Under the pieces are notes generated by a model. The model did not search any database, had not been told where the DNA came from, and worked only from the letters and a program-made list of their open reading frames with translations. From assembly GCA_026023565.1 (NCBI GenBank), contig JAPETS010000015.1:372001-436000 (forward strand): a stretch of 64,000 nt of DNA, in the 5' to 3' direction. The number at the start of each line of letters is the position of its first letter. Within the stretch, counting starts at the first letter, position 1. Positions 25,753 to 40,128 of the stretch are shown here, one piece after another. The position numbers and the translations under genes are program-made. The stretch is from Cirrosporium novae-zelandiae (lineage: Eukaryota).

Positions 25753-26009
25753 AGGTTGCTAGTGATGAGCAAATTACATCGTAAGATTTTCAGTCATTCT
25801 AGTTAATGGCTCACATGAATGGTATCGCGCCATTGCAATCTCAGATGGGTTTCAAGCATGGTATATGGAATATTATGAATTCTAGAAGCCAAGCATGACC
25901 TAGGCTATGCTTCCTATGTTTCACACGAACATTTTATGACCATGAACTCCTGCTATCCCAGCACAGGGCTGATACCCCTAACCCACATAAACAAATCCAA
26001 TAAGAAACT

Positions 26010-26773
26010 TCATCTCCTTGGTCCAGTAGGGGCCAACCCAGGCACACCACTATATCTTTCTTCCCTCTCCGTCTTAAACATAATCTGGACCCAGAATTCC
26101 TTACTATCCTGGTCAAACCATGTCCAAAATCTGTCTTCTCTTCGGTCTACCTCTTTTGCTTGTAGTTTGAAGCCGCATGTCTCGTAAGGTTCCGCCGCCA
26201 CTAAGAAATACTGATAGTTTTTGTCTGGAGGATCTTCTACCTTCTGCTCAAAAGCAGACATAAATCTCACTCTAGGAATGACACCCTCAGTAATCTCCGG
26301 ATACTGAAGCTGAAACAGCAACCCGGTCTGCCTGGTCAAAGGATCTCTAATCTTGGTAATTTTGTAGCCAGGCCTTCCAATCTTGATAATATTTTTTTTA
26401 ACCTGAACCCCAGTAGCCGGCATCAGCATCCCATCTTGCATCTTCCCTTCCTTCTGTTCTTTCGCCGCTCTTCGCGCTAAGTTAGTTTGATGCTTGCGAC
26501 CTTGGGTATGCGCGAGGTAGGAGCCATCGTTCTGGTGGACAGTAAGACAGAGACGGCATTCAAAAGAGCCGACATGATTCTTAAAGAAGTAAGGGTCCTT
26601 GTCAAGGTCAATAGTTTCGAGAGCGAGCCGGCGAAGACGTTCGCGACGGTCTGCATTGGTGGCCGATTGAGAAGCAACTCCTCCGCCGCCGAATTTGGAG
26701 CCTGCTCGATTCTGTGGGTGTCAGAGGCTGTCTACCTTCAGGAGTAAGGGGAAAGGCCTACCTGATAATCCAT
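26010..26773 (-). CDS. SAP62: Splicing factor 3A subunit 2 (Sap62/Prp11)
   Basis: MDYQ, an intron, then NRAGSKFGGGG. Has the matrin-type zinc finger ECRLCLTVHQNDGSYLAHTQGRKH, KIGRPGYK and RFMSAFEQKVE. Confidence 0.95.
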
Positions 26774-27008
26774 TATGAGTCCTTTGTCTTTGGAGATTAG
26801 GATTAAAGGAGATGTAAGGTTGATAAGAAATATAAACACCAGATTCTTAGGGGGTGTACTTGCTATATGATAGACTACTAAGAACCGAACCGAAACGCCT
26901 AAAGTCGCGATCTTGTGAAAATAAGGTTTGGTCCAAGCTTCCTCTGCATACAGCGTAGGGCTGGAAGATGAACACCATGATGGATTCACAACCACGGAGT
27001 TTATCATC

Positions 27009-28896
27009 ATGACAAGGAATTTCTACATAGGCCGACGTCTCTCTTATGGGGGTGCGGCTTGCACAGTAAGATACATTGGTCCTGTTCAAGGTACTAAAGG
27101 GGAATGGCTTGGTGTCGAATGGGACGATCCTGACCGGGGAAAACATGATGGCTCACATCAGGAAGTGAAATACTTTGAGTGTATGGGCATATTCTCCTAT
27201 GCTTTCGTTCATGCTGGAAGGGCAACGCTCATCATATCTCTCATCAGGAACAGGTCTTGCTGCCGGAATCCACCCCAACCCTGCTTCCTTCGTCCGACCC
27301 ACCCGCAAACAAGACCAAACCCGTAACTTTCTCGATGCGCTCCACGAGAAATATGCTTCTGACACGGAAGCATCTCTTCAAATACGTAGCCAAGGCGCTG
27401 TTCGCTTTAACGGCAAAATTGCTGAGGAGGTTGGGTTTGAGAAAATTAGGAAGCAGCTTGCTGCATTGAACGAGTTGAAGATTGTGATTCTAGATGACAT
27501 GTGCATTAGTGGTATCTTAGAGAAACCTAGAGGGCTAAATAGGGACAGTAAGGAAGAGGTTAAAGATATGATGAAGAAAATCGAGGAGACATGTCCCAAG
27601 ATTCAAGAACTAGACTTGAGTAGGAATTTAATTGAGGATTGGGAAGATATTGTGTATATATGTCAGTCGTTGAAGGGGCTGCAGACTTTGAAGCTCAAGT
27701 ATGATATCCCCATCTTCTGAGCGCATAAACCTAACCATCATGAAAACAGCGGTTCCCGCCTCAACCCCAACCTACTCCACAGCGCTTTAGAATCAGATAT
27801 CCCATCTCTTCCTACTCTCCAGCGTCTCGACCTCGACGAAACCCTTCTATCCTGGGATCAGGTTTCATATCTTGCTCGCCATACTCCTGCACTCCAGGTC
27901 CTTTCCCTCTCGATAAACCATTATCACACTCTATCCATGCCTCCCCCTCTCCCTAAGCTCCGGACCCTAACCCTATCCTGGAATTGTTTTACTAGTACCT
28001 CCTCCATAGAATGCCTAACAGCTCTTCCCTCCCTCGAGGAGCTTTCTATCTCCCACAATTCCATCACCACCATAACCCCTCTAGCGCGTCCCTTCCCTAC
28101 CGTTAAATCTCTTAATCTCTCTCACAATTCCCTACCCACGTTTTCTTCCTTCTCCCTCCTTCCCGCCGTCTTTCCACACCTCCGCCACCTCCGCATCTCG
28201 CAAAACCCCGTTTTCGATGACCTGCAGCCAGATGCAGCATACATGCTCACTCTTGGTCGCTTACCAGGACTGCGGACGCTCAATCACACGAGGGTGAGCG
28301 AACAGGATAGACCAAACGCAGACTTGTATTACCTGAGTGTTATTTCGCGAGAATTGAGTAGTACGCCAAAAGAGGAGGAGGGGAATATTCTAGCAAAACA
28401 TCCTCGGTATAGAGGTCTTTGTATTATATACGGGCCACCTGCTATTGTAAGGACAGATAAAGGGGCGGTCGACCCGGAAAGCCTAGAGGGACGACTCATA
28501 CACTTCTCCTTTCACTTACATGACCAAGACAAGGCCCCAAGAGAAATGATAACAAAAGAAAAGATGATTCCCAGAACTTTTGACGTATATCGTCTTAAAG
28601 GAATTGTTGGCCGTCTTTTCGGCTTTAAACCTTACTGTCTCAACCTCATATGGGAAACGGAGGAGTTGGATCCAACTGCCGGACATGACGACAACGAGAA
28701 CGACTCTTTAGAAGATAGTGAGGATGAAGAGAAACATATCGGGGGAAACAATAAGGAAGATGGAAAGAACAGCAAGAAAGACAAATGGACAAAACGGGAG
28801 CTCGAACTTGGGAATGGGACAAGAGAAGCTGGATTTTGGATCGAGGGGGTCGAGGCAAATGTCAGGGTCGAGAGGAAGGATATATGGACGATATAA
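27009..28896 (+). CDS. PAC2: Tubulin-specific chaperone E (CAP-Gly, LRR, ubiquitin-like)
   Basis: CAP-Gly WLGVEWDDPDRGKHDGSH, EEVGFEKI and leucine-rich repeats. Introns at about 27181-27253 and 27699-27749. Confidence 0.88.
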
Positions 28897-29506
28897 ATAT
28901 CACGATCCAACGAATGCATGCTAACAATAATATATGTGGTCCTAAATTCGAAGCTATGAAGCTCGGATTTAGTGCTGGCTGCGGTATTGTGTTTCCTCAA
29001 AACAGCACTGTGTATTGCCTAAACGATACAATTACACTCTAGCTGAAGCTTACGCCACCAATGTACACATCAAACATCTCCTACTTCCATACTAACAGGC
29101 TTTAAGGTATTTGCCGAAGTTTTTCATACTTTTTAGCCAGGCTTAAAAGATATGGTACAGTACAATATACTTAAAATCATTACACACAGTTTAGCTATAT
29201 CTCATAGTCTCCAGGAGACTCGACGTATAAGGAATCGATTTCTTGTAGGTATTATATCATACAATAATAGGTAGGTAGGTAGTTAAGTAAGTAGTCGTGT
29301 CTTAAAAAGCGACGAAAAGTATTCTATCCCAACACCCCCCAAAGAATTTTTTTTTTAAAAAAAAGACCACCACGATTTCATCCATCAAACCCGTCACGCC
29401 TGTCGCATTTTCCATATATTGAGACTACACAAAGAAGGGACGAAGGAAGTAAAAAGAAGGGGAATATGTAGGCATACATGCGTGAATTCCCTTTTTGTAT
29501 GCCAAA

Positions 29507-31097
<1,591 letters not shown>

Positions 31098-31358
31098 TTT
31101 GTTGGTGTTGAGAGGTAGCTTGGTGATATAGCCTGCGAACAGGTGAAGCTTCAAGTTGAAGATTTTCTACGGTAGACTTTGCGGCGAGAAGTGAATAAAC
31201 AAGATAGGAAGCAGTCGGTGCTCCAGTTGCCTGTCCGAGCTTTCTTCCACTACGAAATGTGTAATTAACACAAATTACTTCCCTGTCAAGGCATAGATAT
31301 ATGATTCATCTATCACTACCATCCACATTACATACTGGGCTTCGATTTTCCTCCACCC

Positions 31359-32324
31359 TCATAGCTTGGCTGTCTTCTTCACATGAGTTTCGATAAAGTA
31401 CCTCACCGCATCTTCCATAGGTTCATCCGGCACGAATCCAAGAGATAGAGCTCTACCTATATCAAATTTAGCCGGCCAACTCTTCACCATCTTTTCTGTC
31501 TCAGGATCAATCTTATGCTCAATAAGCGACATAGCCTTCTTGCCGCCAACCTTTTCAAGTGTATCTAACATTTCTTGAACACTGTAAGTAGTCCCGGGTA
31601 GGTTGACTACTCTAGTTGCTCCAAACTTCTCTACAGGAATATCCAGTGCAATCAACATATTCTTTACTATCGTTCTCGGCGAAACATTCCACATCAGAAT
31701 ATCTTTCGACACAGGTAGCACACATTTTATCCCTTGCAGTGGTTCTCGGAACAAGCCTGATGCAAAGGCAGATGCAGCCGCTGAAGGCTTTCCTGGGCGC
31801 ACGACCACTGTCGGCAGTCTTAGAATTCTTCCATCAATCAACCCTCGTCGCGAAAAATCATTGACAAGAATCTCTGTTATCAATTTTTCGGATCCGTAAC
31901 TCGACTGTGGCTCCGGGTATGTTTTCTCGGAATAAGTCCCATCAATCGGTCCGTATATAGCGCAAGAGGAGGAGAAAACCACTCTAACCCCATGATTGGT
32001 TTGACGAAGATGGTCAAGAATGAGGCGCATGGAGTCGATGTTCACTTTCAAGCCAAGATCCAAACTAGCCTCTGACTGAGCGGACATGATACCATGGAAA
32101 AGATACATAGCGGAAATGTCTGTGGTAAACAGGGACTTGATGGCAACTAGATCTGTAAGGTCGGACTTAATGGCAACGACTTCCTGTTTCCAAGAGGTTG
32201 GTTTAGGTGCAGGGGGCACAAAAATATCAGTCATAGTCAATTTGGTTATCCTTGGATCTTTGACCAATTCACTAGCTAGATGTTGGCCAACAAGTCCTCC
32301 AGCACCAGTCATAAGGACATGCAT
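31359..32324 (-). CDS. Extended SDR / NAD-dependent epimerase-dehydratase (D-erythronate dehydrogenase DenD-like), intronless, C-terminal AKL
   Basis: TGAGGLVG Rossmann motif, catalytic YGSEK, and DGRILRLPTVVVRPGKPSAAASAFASGLFREPL. Confidence 0.85.
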   Translation of the reverse strand: MHVLMTGAGGLVGQHLASELVKDPRITKLTMTDIFVPPAPKPTSWKQEVVAIKSDLTDLVAIKSLFTTDISAMYLFHGIMSAQSEASLDLGLKVNIDSMRLILDHLRQTNHGVRVVFSSSCAIYGPIDGTYSEKTYPEPQSSYGSEKLITEILVNDFSRRGLIDGRILRLPTVVVRPGKPSAAASAFASGLFREPLQGIKCVLPVSKDILMWNVSPRTIVKNMLIALDIPVEKFGATRVVNLPGTTYSVQEMLDTLEKVGGKKAMSLIEHKIDPETEKMVKSWPAKFDIGRALSLGFVPDEPMEDAVRYFIETHVKKTAKL

Positions 32325-32686
32325 ATTGACAATATTTAGATATATTTAGATTGATTTGGTGGTTAGAAGAGATAGGAATGAATGTAGATGAGGAGTTCAA
32401 TAAAAACAGAGAAAAGAAAATCAGGTAAAAAATAATCCTATTTTAAGGAAGTTGTCTCTGACCCCATTCCTTCCCTACAAAGACAATTGTGGGGTAGATA
32501 ATAGCTCGACGCATCTTTGACGGTTGGTGACCACGGTGGGCCTCGTCTCGAGGTCTATCTCGGGTTCAATTGCTACGAAATTGCGATGTTAGCGAAGGGA
32601 ATAAAGATAGAAGACCAACTATTAATTATGTTAACATTATCTATCTTACAAATCAAAGTAATTATTAAAACGTTGATTGACTACTA

Positions 32687-33020
32687 CACGGGCATGCGAG
32701 TGATAGAAAAAATGCGACTCGCAAATTAAGTTCCTTATTACCTTTTCATTGAATGATGCGTGAATATATATATATATGCAACGCCAATATAATTATAATT
32801 AATCATAAACAATAAAAATTAAATAATAAATTATTTAAATATAATTATAATAAAATATTTAAATAACTACAAAGAATAAAGATCGAATTTGTAAGTTGCG
32901 TGCCATAGAAATAAGCTAAGCCAAAAGGGCATGATTGCCCGCTAGTTAAAGCGAGTAATCATGTTTAGCTAATTATAAGCTTGCTACGTCCATGACATTG
33001 CGCTTTTTCTATCACCTGTG
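32687..33020. mobile_element. Candidate decayed MITE / non-autonomous DNA transposon
   Basis: Inverted repeat GTGATAGAAAAA (32700-32711) / TTTTTCTATCAC (33004-33015), termini CACGG...CTGTG, flanking direct repeat TGACTACT (32678-32685 and 33021-33028), and an extremely AT-rich core. Confidence 0.55.
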
Positions 33021-33873
33021 TGACTACTGTACCTACTTAGGTTCTTTCTACACAGTAAGGTACTACATTAGGAGCAGTGTACATGAAACAGCTCTTGCAT
33101 CTGCTCTTATCATCATCTAGGTTTGATTGGACGGGGAAACCGGAAATGATGGCTAGTAAATAAACGACTAGGTGGCCAGTTTTTTGTCTTCCTTACCTCT
33201 TTCTACCACAGTAATCTTTTTCTTGTAATCACCCCAAGAATAATAATTAAAGACTCAGCATAATCGTGAGACCTAAGCAGTGAGTGGTTTTGTTAGTATC
33301 ATCTTTGATTGGCCAACTAACATAAATACTATGTAATGTGAGGCAAAATATTCCTAAGCGTGAACTTAGAGTAAATTTAAATTCAGCCTAACAACATTAG
33401 GCAACCACTATACCTAATGTTACCTAACTGTAGAACGTTTCTATCATAGTGACCACCAAGAAGTTTGTGGCAAAAGATCAAGTACCATTGCCACACGTAT
33501 GCAACTAATTGGCTCTATTCTAATTATAAGAATTAAAAAGGTGCCCATCTCTTCATATCTTTTCACTCGATCATACCTAGGTAGTTTGCAAAACCTCAAT
33601 CCTTAAAAAGGTAATGTGTTTTCCTTCTCGCTTAATTATATCTTTGAACTCGAAGCTAACCGTATTAGGTTACCATAGTGCATTTCTCAAAATTCCATGA
33701 ACTCAAAACAAAATACATTGATTAAATTGTTTTTGAAATTATTTTCATAACTACTTTAAACTACAACAATAAAAATTCAAGAACTACTTGCAACCTTGTT
33801 TTATTTTATATAAAAGGGTGCACTTTAGTGACGTTTAATGGGGCATTTTTAATGCTTGACATTAACCTTATAA

Positions 33874-36800
33874 ATGGCAGGCTCGTTTAGCTATGATTCA
33901 TATAAGCCAAATCAATCTTCTCGATATCAAGAGAATGTTCCAACAGGGCCTCGAGTTCAATTCGCTCTTAAGCCCTCTGAGCGTAGCCCACCCTCAAAAG
34001 TACGAAGGACAAGCAAGCTTAAAGATATGAACCAATTCGATCAGTCAATCGAACCCGGTCTAAGACTCACAAACGAGACCGCATTAAATCAAAACAAGCA
34101 ATCTAAGAATGGAATTATGATAAAAGGCCTGAGTGATTCTTTTCGTAGTAATTCATATGTGGAAAGAGATCCTAGAATTCAAGCTCGAGAGGCCGAGGAA
34201 AAGGCAAAGGTGGAACCTCGATTTAGTTCTATAACATCTGAGCTTCATAAGACCGTGAATACAGCATCGGGTTCCCCGGATACCTTGTCGCCCGTGGTTG
34301 ATACACCACTTAGTACATTAAGCAATGAGTCTGCAACACATTTGTTTCGTCCAACATTGACTCCTATTTCAAATAGCAGTAAGTTTAACCCTTGAGCATT
34401 CACTTTATTGATACTCATTACATTGTTTTCCTATGGATTTATATATCATGCTAATTAGTTATATATACAGACCCTTCTAATCTTTTGCCACTAAGAGCTT
34501 CATGTTCTAAGAGTGCTGAAAACCCCGCAATACTTGCATACCAACCAATCTCATTAAATTCGACAAAGAGGAGTTATTCTACCATGACGACAGGCCGAAA
34601 AGATGATGATGGCTGTCACTCACCTTCAGAAATAGACATGTCTTCAACGGTCTCCAGTCTAAACTCCTCCCTTAACAAGTATCAAGTACCACCGCCGCCA
34701 CCCAAGTTCTTTTCTAAAGACGATGGCCAAAACTCCAAGATGAATGATCTTTTTAACTGCTTAAGCAATTTTGCAAGCCAAATCAAAGCTGAAACAATCT
34801 TAAAGGTTGAACAAGACACCAAAGATCGTCGCTTAGAAAAAGAACTAAAGGAATATGAGAAAGACGCTATTTTTCATCATGATAGCGTGTCAAATCCAAA
34901 AAGGGAAGTCAAAACTCAGGCCATATCATTACTTAAACAGAGCTTAGCGAGAATCGACGCGAAATTACTAGAAACTGAGGTCCAAAGAAACATCTGCACG
35001 ACAGAACTGGTAAATAAAATCTTTGATATTCAAGATAGCCAGGCTCCGCAAACTCAAGCTTTAGATGAGGCGAAGCTGAAGCAATATGCGCATGACAAGC
35101 CTACCCAAACAGAACAACATGATGAAGATATGAGGGGCATCGCGAATCAAGCATTAAGAAAATCACATGAGGCATTCCGCAGGGCTGATGAAGCATTATA
35201 CAAGTCGGATAAGGCATATTCCAAAGTAGATCATGCAGTGCGCGACGCCTCGATTGCTCGCTCCGACGCCGATCATGCGTTGAGTCTAGCTCAGGCATCA
35301 CGAGCTGATCAAGGTCAGTCAAAGCACATCCCGTCCCTTCTCGTCAGGATGAATGAGTTGGAACACAATGTAAACACCAGGAGGCCAAAGGAGACTAATA
35401 CTGGGCTATGTGTGTCAGGGAAATATCATGGGTCACTTTCGAGTCAAGTAGAGGATTTAGAGCGAGATGTCAGGAAACTCAAAGCATCTTCAGACCACAT
35501 AGGCCCAGTCCAGGACCTCGTGAAGGCTGTTAAATCTCAGCTCAACGAGCAGAGTAAACAGACCCTGAAGCACAATGAAGACATCCAGAAGTTAATGGCT
35601 TCACGAGTTGAAGATAAAAAGAAGCTTGAAGACTTTGAAAAAGGCCATGCACAGATGACGATTACTTTGCAGTCTCAAGAAAAGCAATTGCTCGAACTTG
35701 ACAGCGTGCAAACTAAACTTCAGCGACTAGAAATTTCGGCGGCTCAAGTCAAGGCTGAGTTTGCTGGGTTCAGGGGTCTCCCAGGAAAGCTCGATGAGCT
35801 TGAACGATCGATTCAACAGACTGCTAAGATCGTGGCCCTTCTAGAACGTTTGATTTCTGGGGACGCAGACATTGAGAATCTGGTGGATAACGGGGAGGAA
35901 TCCCCAAACTCAAAATGTTTCCTTAAGGTTTTATCAGATATACAGCAGAACAGCCTAGCGATCCGAAAGCAAGTTCACCGTCAGCAAGCGAGGTTAGAGA
36001 CTATAGCTTCCAGAATCGCTGCAACTCCCCTCCACTCAAATAAAGCAACATCGAGTCCAGCCGGTACGCCAATTCCAGTAGCTGATCGCTCGAGCATGCC
36101 AGATGTAGATACTACCAAAGCTACCCAGCAAGAGCTGGATAAGTCGATCAGAGAGATGGAGGTATTTAAAGAGGAACAAAAGCTAAAAGACAATATAGTT
36201 GGTCAAGAGTTCGCGGCAGTACATGAGAGACTCGAGGCTCTAGCTCAAAGAGTAACTGAGCTGGACGTAAAACTTAAGGAGCTTAGCCGAGGGCTTAAAT
36301 CGGCACCTAATTATCTATCTGGATCAACGTTGCTACTCGGAGATATTGATAACCGCCTGCGGAACCTCGAAGAATCTTGCGCCGCCAAGACTCGGTATGA
36401 AAAGGAACATACGGATTCACATAACGTCATTATAACCCAAATGGACGAGATTACGGAGAGATTAATTCCACAGAAATGTAATTCCAGAGACTTTGCAGCC
36501 CTCAGTTCTCAAGTCATAAACATGCAAGGATTTCTTAGAAGCCTTGACGACCGGTTCAATAACCTAACGACCGAGCCTCTTGTCGAAGCCATGACTCAGA
36601 GGATCGGCCAAATGTATCCTGAGCCTAGGATCATGCAACAGCAAATTGAGACTATATCGAAAAATTTGCAAATCCATATGCAACGAGGCTTAACAGTCCA
36701 GAATTCACTGGAGAAGAAAATAAAAGAGATTCATATGTCTATGAACAAACTCCAAATTTTCGTTAGTGGGACACTCTCGGTCAGAGTGAATCAGCTGGAA

Positions 36801-36959
36801 AACTCTTTGAATGGCTCAATAACCGGGGCAAATTCCATAAATCTCAACCCAACTGCCAAAAGTCCCGAGATTTCACACAGTGCACCCACCACCTATGCAC
36901 AAGGATTCACTCCAGTTAATGCAGGACCTCCTGCACAAGACCGGACTGGCAACTGTTGA
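33874..36959 (+). CDS. Large coiled-coil protein of unknown function (~1000 aa)
   Basis: The 173 aa and 824 aa ORFs are joined by an intron at about 34379-34470 (GTAAGT...GCTAAT...CAG). Heptad-rich, with a C-terminal SLDDRFNNLTTEPLV..M...I..MYP segment. Confidence 0.75.
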
Positions 36960-37536
36960 ATGCCTCAAAACCTATGTATATTCGTGTTATTCTCGTCTAG
37001 CGAAGCGGTGGGCTAGGGCTCTAGTCAAGGCTGGAAATTTCGGGACATAGCTTGGCTTATTTGGCTTTTTTGTAGCGGTAAATACTTGCAACATTGATTG
37101 CTAAACATAATAAAAAGGCTCCTAAATTCTTAGGTTATGATGCTGGGACGGATAAAAGATGACTGTTAGGCAGATGGAAGAGGCCCATGTGCATCACTAT
37201 TAAAAGCAAATGGAAACGAGCATAGATGGGGTATACAGAAAAGCAAAGCAATGAAAGTCAAGATAATTTCAAATAACATGATCTATGTTAAAGTTCTAGA
37301 CAGTATAAGACAATCCTTTTAGCATATTAGAGCCTTGAAAGTGCTTCGTGGAGGGACCTTGGATCTTTGGGCTTCCTTTTACGCCTTGGTGATTGCCGAG
37401 AAAAGATCTCCACCCAAGTTTGCATGGTTTGCATCCTCCCATCGAAATTTCCTCCAAATTCGCGAAACCAAAAAAAAATTGAAGCAGAAATTACATAGCA
37501 ACAATAAGCTCCCTTCTACATCTCTAACTAAACAGC

Positions 37537-39877
37537 ATGGTACCTGTGAAACGAAAGGAGCCTTCAAGCTCAACTAAACTTGCTAATGGTGGCAAAAACA
37601 AAAAAGTGAAAACCGATGTGAAATTGTCTGTAATGAAAGATCTGAAGAAAAAAAGAGCACCCACACCTGATAACTCTGAAGAGTTGGACGCAAGCAATGG
37701 GAGCGACGACTTCTCTGTATCCTTCAATGGAAGTGAGGATGAGGATAAAATGGATGTCGATGATGTGAAAGAGAGGAAGGGTGTGAAAAAGGCTGGGGCG
37801 AAGAATGGAACGGAAGAGAAGTTGGCTAAGGCTGGTGGGAATGAGCCAATGACAGGTATTTACATCCCATTCCTTCCTATTTTCATTTTATTCAGAGGTA
37901 AATCTTAGTCGAAAATTGAAAAAACTGAGGACGAAGATGTTTTTTTAAGGCGGCCCTCTGGTATTCGTATCCACTATATTCTCGCAGCTCTATAATTTGC
38001 TTCTACATAATGTATGCCTGAAATAGACATAGCTAATTACCCTACCGCTCTTAGATCTCCTTTCTTCGAAAGAATCTCACGCAAAACAAAAGGCTCTTGC
38101 TGCCTCCCGCAAATCTGCCAAACCCAACGCGGACTCTATCGCCCGGTCAAAAAAACTATGGGAGCGCTTACGGCGCAAGTCGCATGTCCCTAGAGATGAG
38201 CGAAAACTATTGGTTGCAGAGCTGTATGAAATTATAAGTGGTCGTGTCAAAGAATTTGTCTTCAAACATGACTCCGTCCGAGTGATTCAAACAGCGCTCA
38301 AATACGCAACTCCAGACCAACGAAAAATGATTGCCGGTGAATTAAAGGGAGAGTATAAAGCACTTGCGGAAAGCAAGTATGCAAAATTTTTAATCGCAAA
38401 GTTACTCGTTCACGGCGACCACGAGATCCGTGATATTATCATCCCCGAATTCTATGGGAATGTCAAACGCCTCATTCGTAATGCAGAGGCTTCATGGATT
38501 GTAGATGATATCTATAGGACTGTTGCAACGCCGAAACAGAAAGCTATGCTCTTGCGCGAATGGTATGGTCCCGAGTTCTCTCTCTTCATGCCTTCATCAG
38601 ACGAGGTTGTTACGGGAGATCTCGTGAAAATGCTTGAGGAGAATCCAGAGAAGAGGACGCCGATTATGCGATATCTCTTCAATCTTGTAAACCAGCTCGT
38701 TCAGAAGAAAAGTACAGGTTTCACGATGCTCCATGATGCGATGTTGCAGTATTTCCTCGCTCTAATACCAGGATCACCGGAACACAACGAATTCCTCGAG
38801 CTGCTAAAAAGTGATGACGAGGGCGATCTCCTCAAGAATCTTGCGTTCACGCCAAGTGGAAGTAGATTAGTCTGTCTCGCGCTTGCATACGGAAATGCAA
38901 AGGACAGGAAATTGATCCTAAGGGTGTACAAAGACATAATTCCACTGATGGCCAACGATTTGCATGCCCACCTGGTTCTCTTGGCAAGTTATGAAGTTAT
39001 TGATGATACGGTTATGATATCCAAGTCTATTTTCGCCCCCCTCCTTGGCTTGAGCGATGCCCAAACGTCCACCATCATAAACCTTGCACATGATCCTATC
39101 GGAAGAATAACTCTACTGCATCTCGTTGACAAGAAACCACCGAAATGGCTACATCCCTCAAACTCACAATATCACACACTCTTCCCACAAATTTACTCCA
39201 TCCGCACCTCCACTTCAAAAAAAGGCCCCGAGAATCGCCGCATGGAGCTCTTGAGTCATCTTTCACCACTATTAATTTCAATAATTGCCTCCCACCCCGC
39301 TGATCTCATGACCACGGCCTTCGGCTGCCAGTTCATAACCACTGTCCTCCTTGGCGCCACAGGAACCACAGCCACTAGTAAAACCGCCTCCTTAGGAGCA
39401 CTAGCAGATCTCGCCCTAGAGTCACCAGACGCAGTTTCTACCGCTGCAGCAGGCCGTATGCTGAAAGCGCTCGTCCAGGGTGGGCGCTTCGACCCAGCGA
39501 CCAAGAAAATCGAGAGGGCTGACCCAGCGCTGGGGTTCCCGGCTGTATTCTGGAGTGCATTGAGCTCAAACAATTTAAATACCGCGGTACTTGAATGGGC
39601 AAAAGGCCCAAATTCCTTTGTTATAGTCGCCATGGTGGAGACGGAGAAGATGTGGGATGGACGGGACGAGTTGATTCGGATTTTGAAGGGGGTGAAGGCT
39701 GCGCTGAAGGAGGCTGAGAAGGAAGGTAATAAGGGGTCTGGGATATTGCTTCAGAAGATTTCCGGCCCCTCAGATGAAGATAATGAACAGAGGGCTGTGA
39801 AGTTGCAGACCAAGGCGAAGGAAGGGGAAAAGGAGAAAAGGGAAAAGAAAGAGAAGAAGAATAAGAAGAAGGTATAG
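37537..39877 (+). CDS. PUF6: Pumilio-homology protein Puf6 (PUM3-like)
   Basis: K/E-rich N-terminus and intron 37856-38054, then KKLWERLRRK, FVFKHDSVRVIQTALKY and LLREWYGPEF. Confidence 0.9.
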
Positions 39878-40128
39878 ATTAGATGACCGGCTATGAAATC
39901 GGTTACATATATGTGGGATCTTAGTGCTTATTTTGTGGTCCTAGATATGCCCTCAAAAATAAAATCCCATCCAAGGCTTCCTATTATGATAGCCGTTAGA
40001 AACCAGAGTCCTACCAGCCTATGCAGAATGACAGTACCAATCACATAGTCATATATTCCACCCAAAAGCCCACCAACCCACTGTCCCACAAAAAGTTTCA
40101 ACATATACATTCTTCCTCTCATTTCGTC

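Noticed and set aside
26773..27009. Very short head-to-head spacing of SF3A2 and tubulin cofactor E
   Set aside because: Compact divergent promoters are ordinary in fungal genomes.
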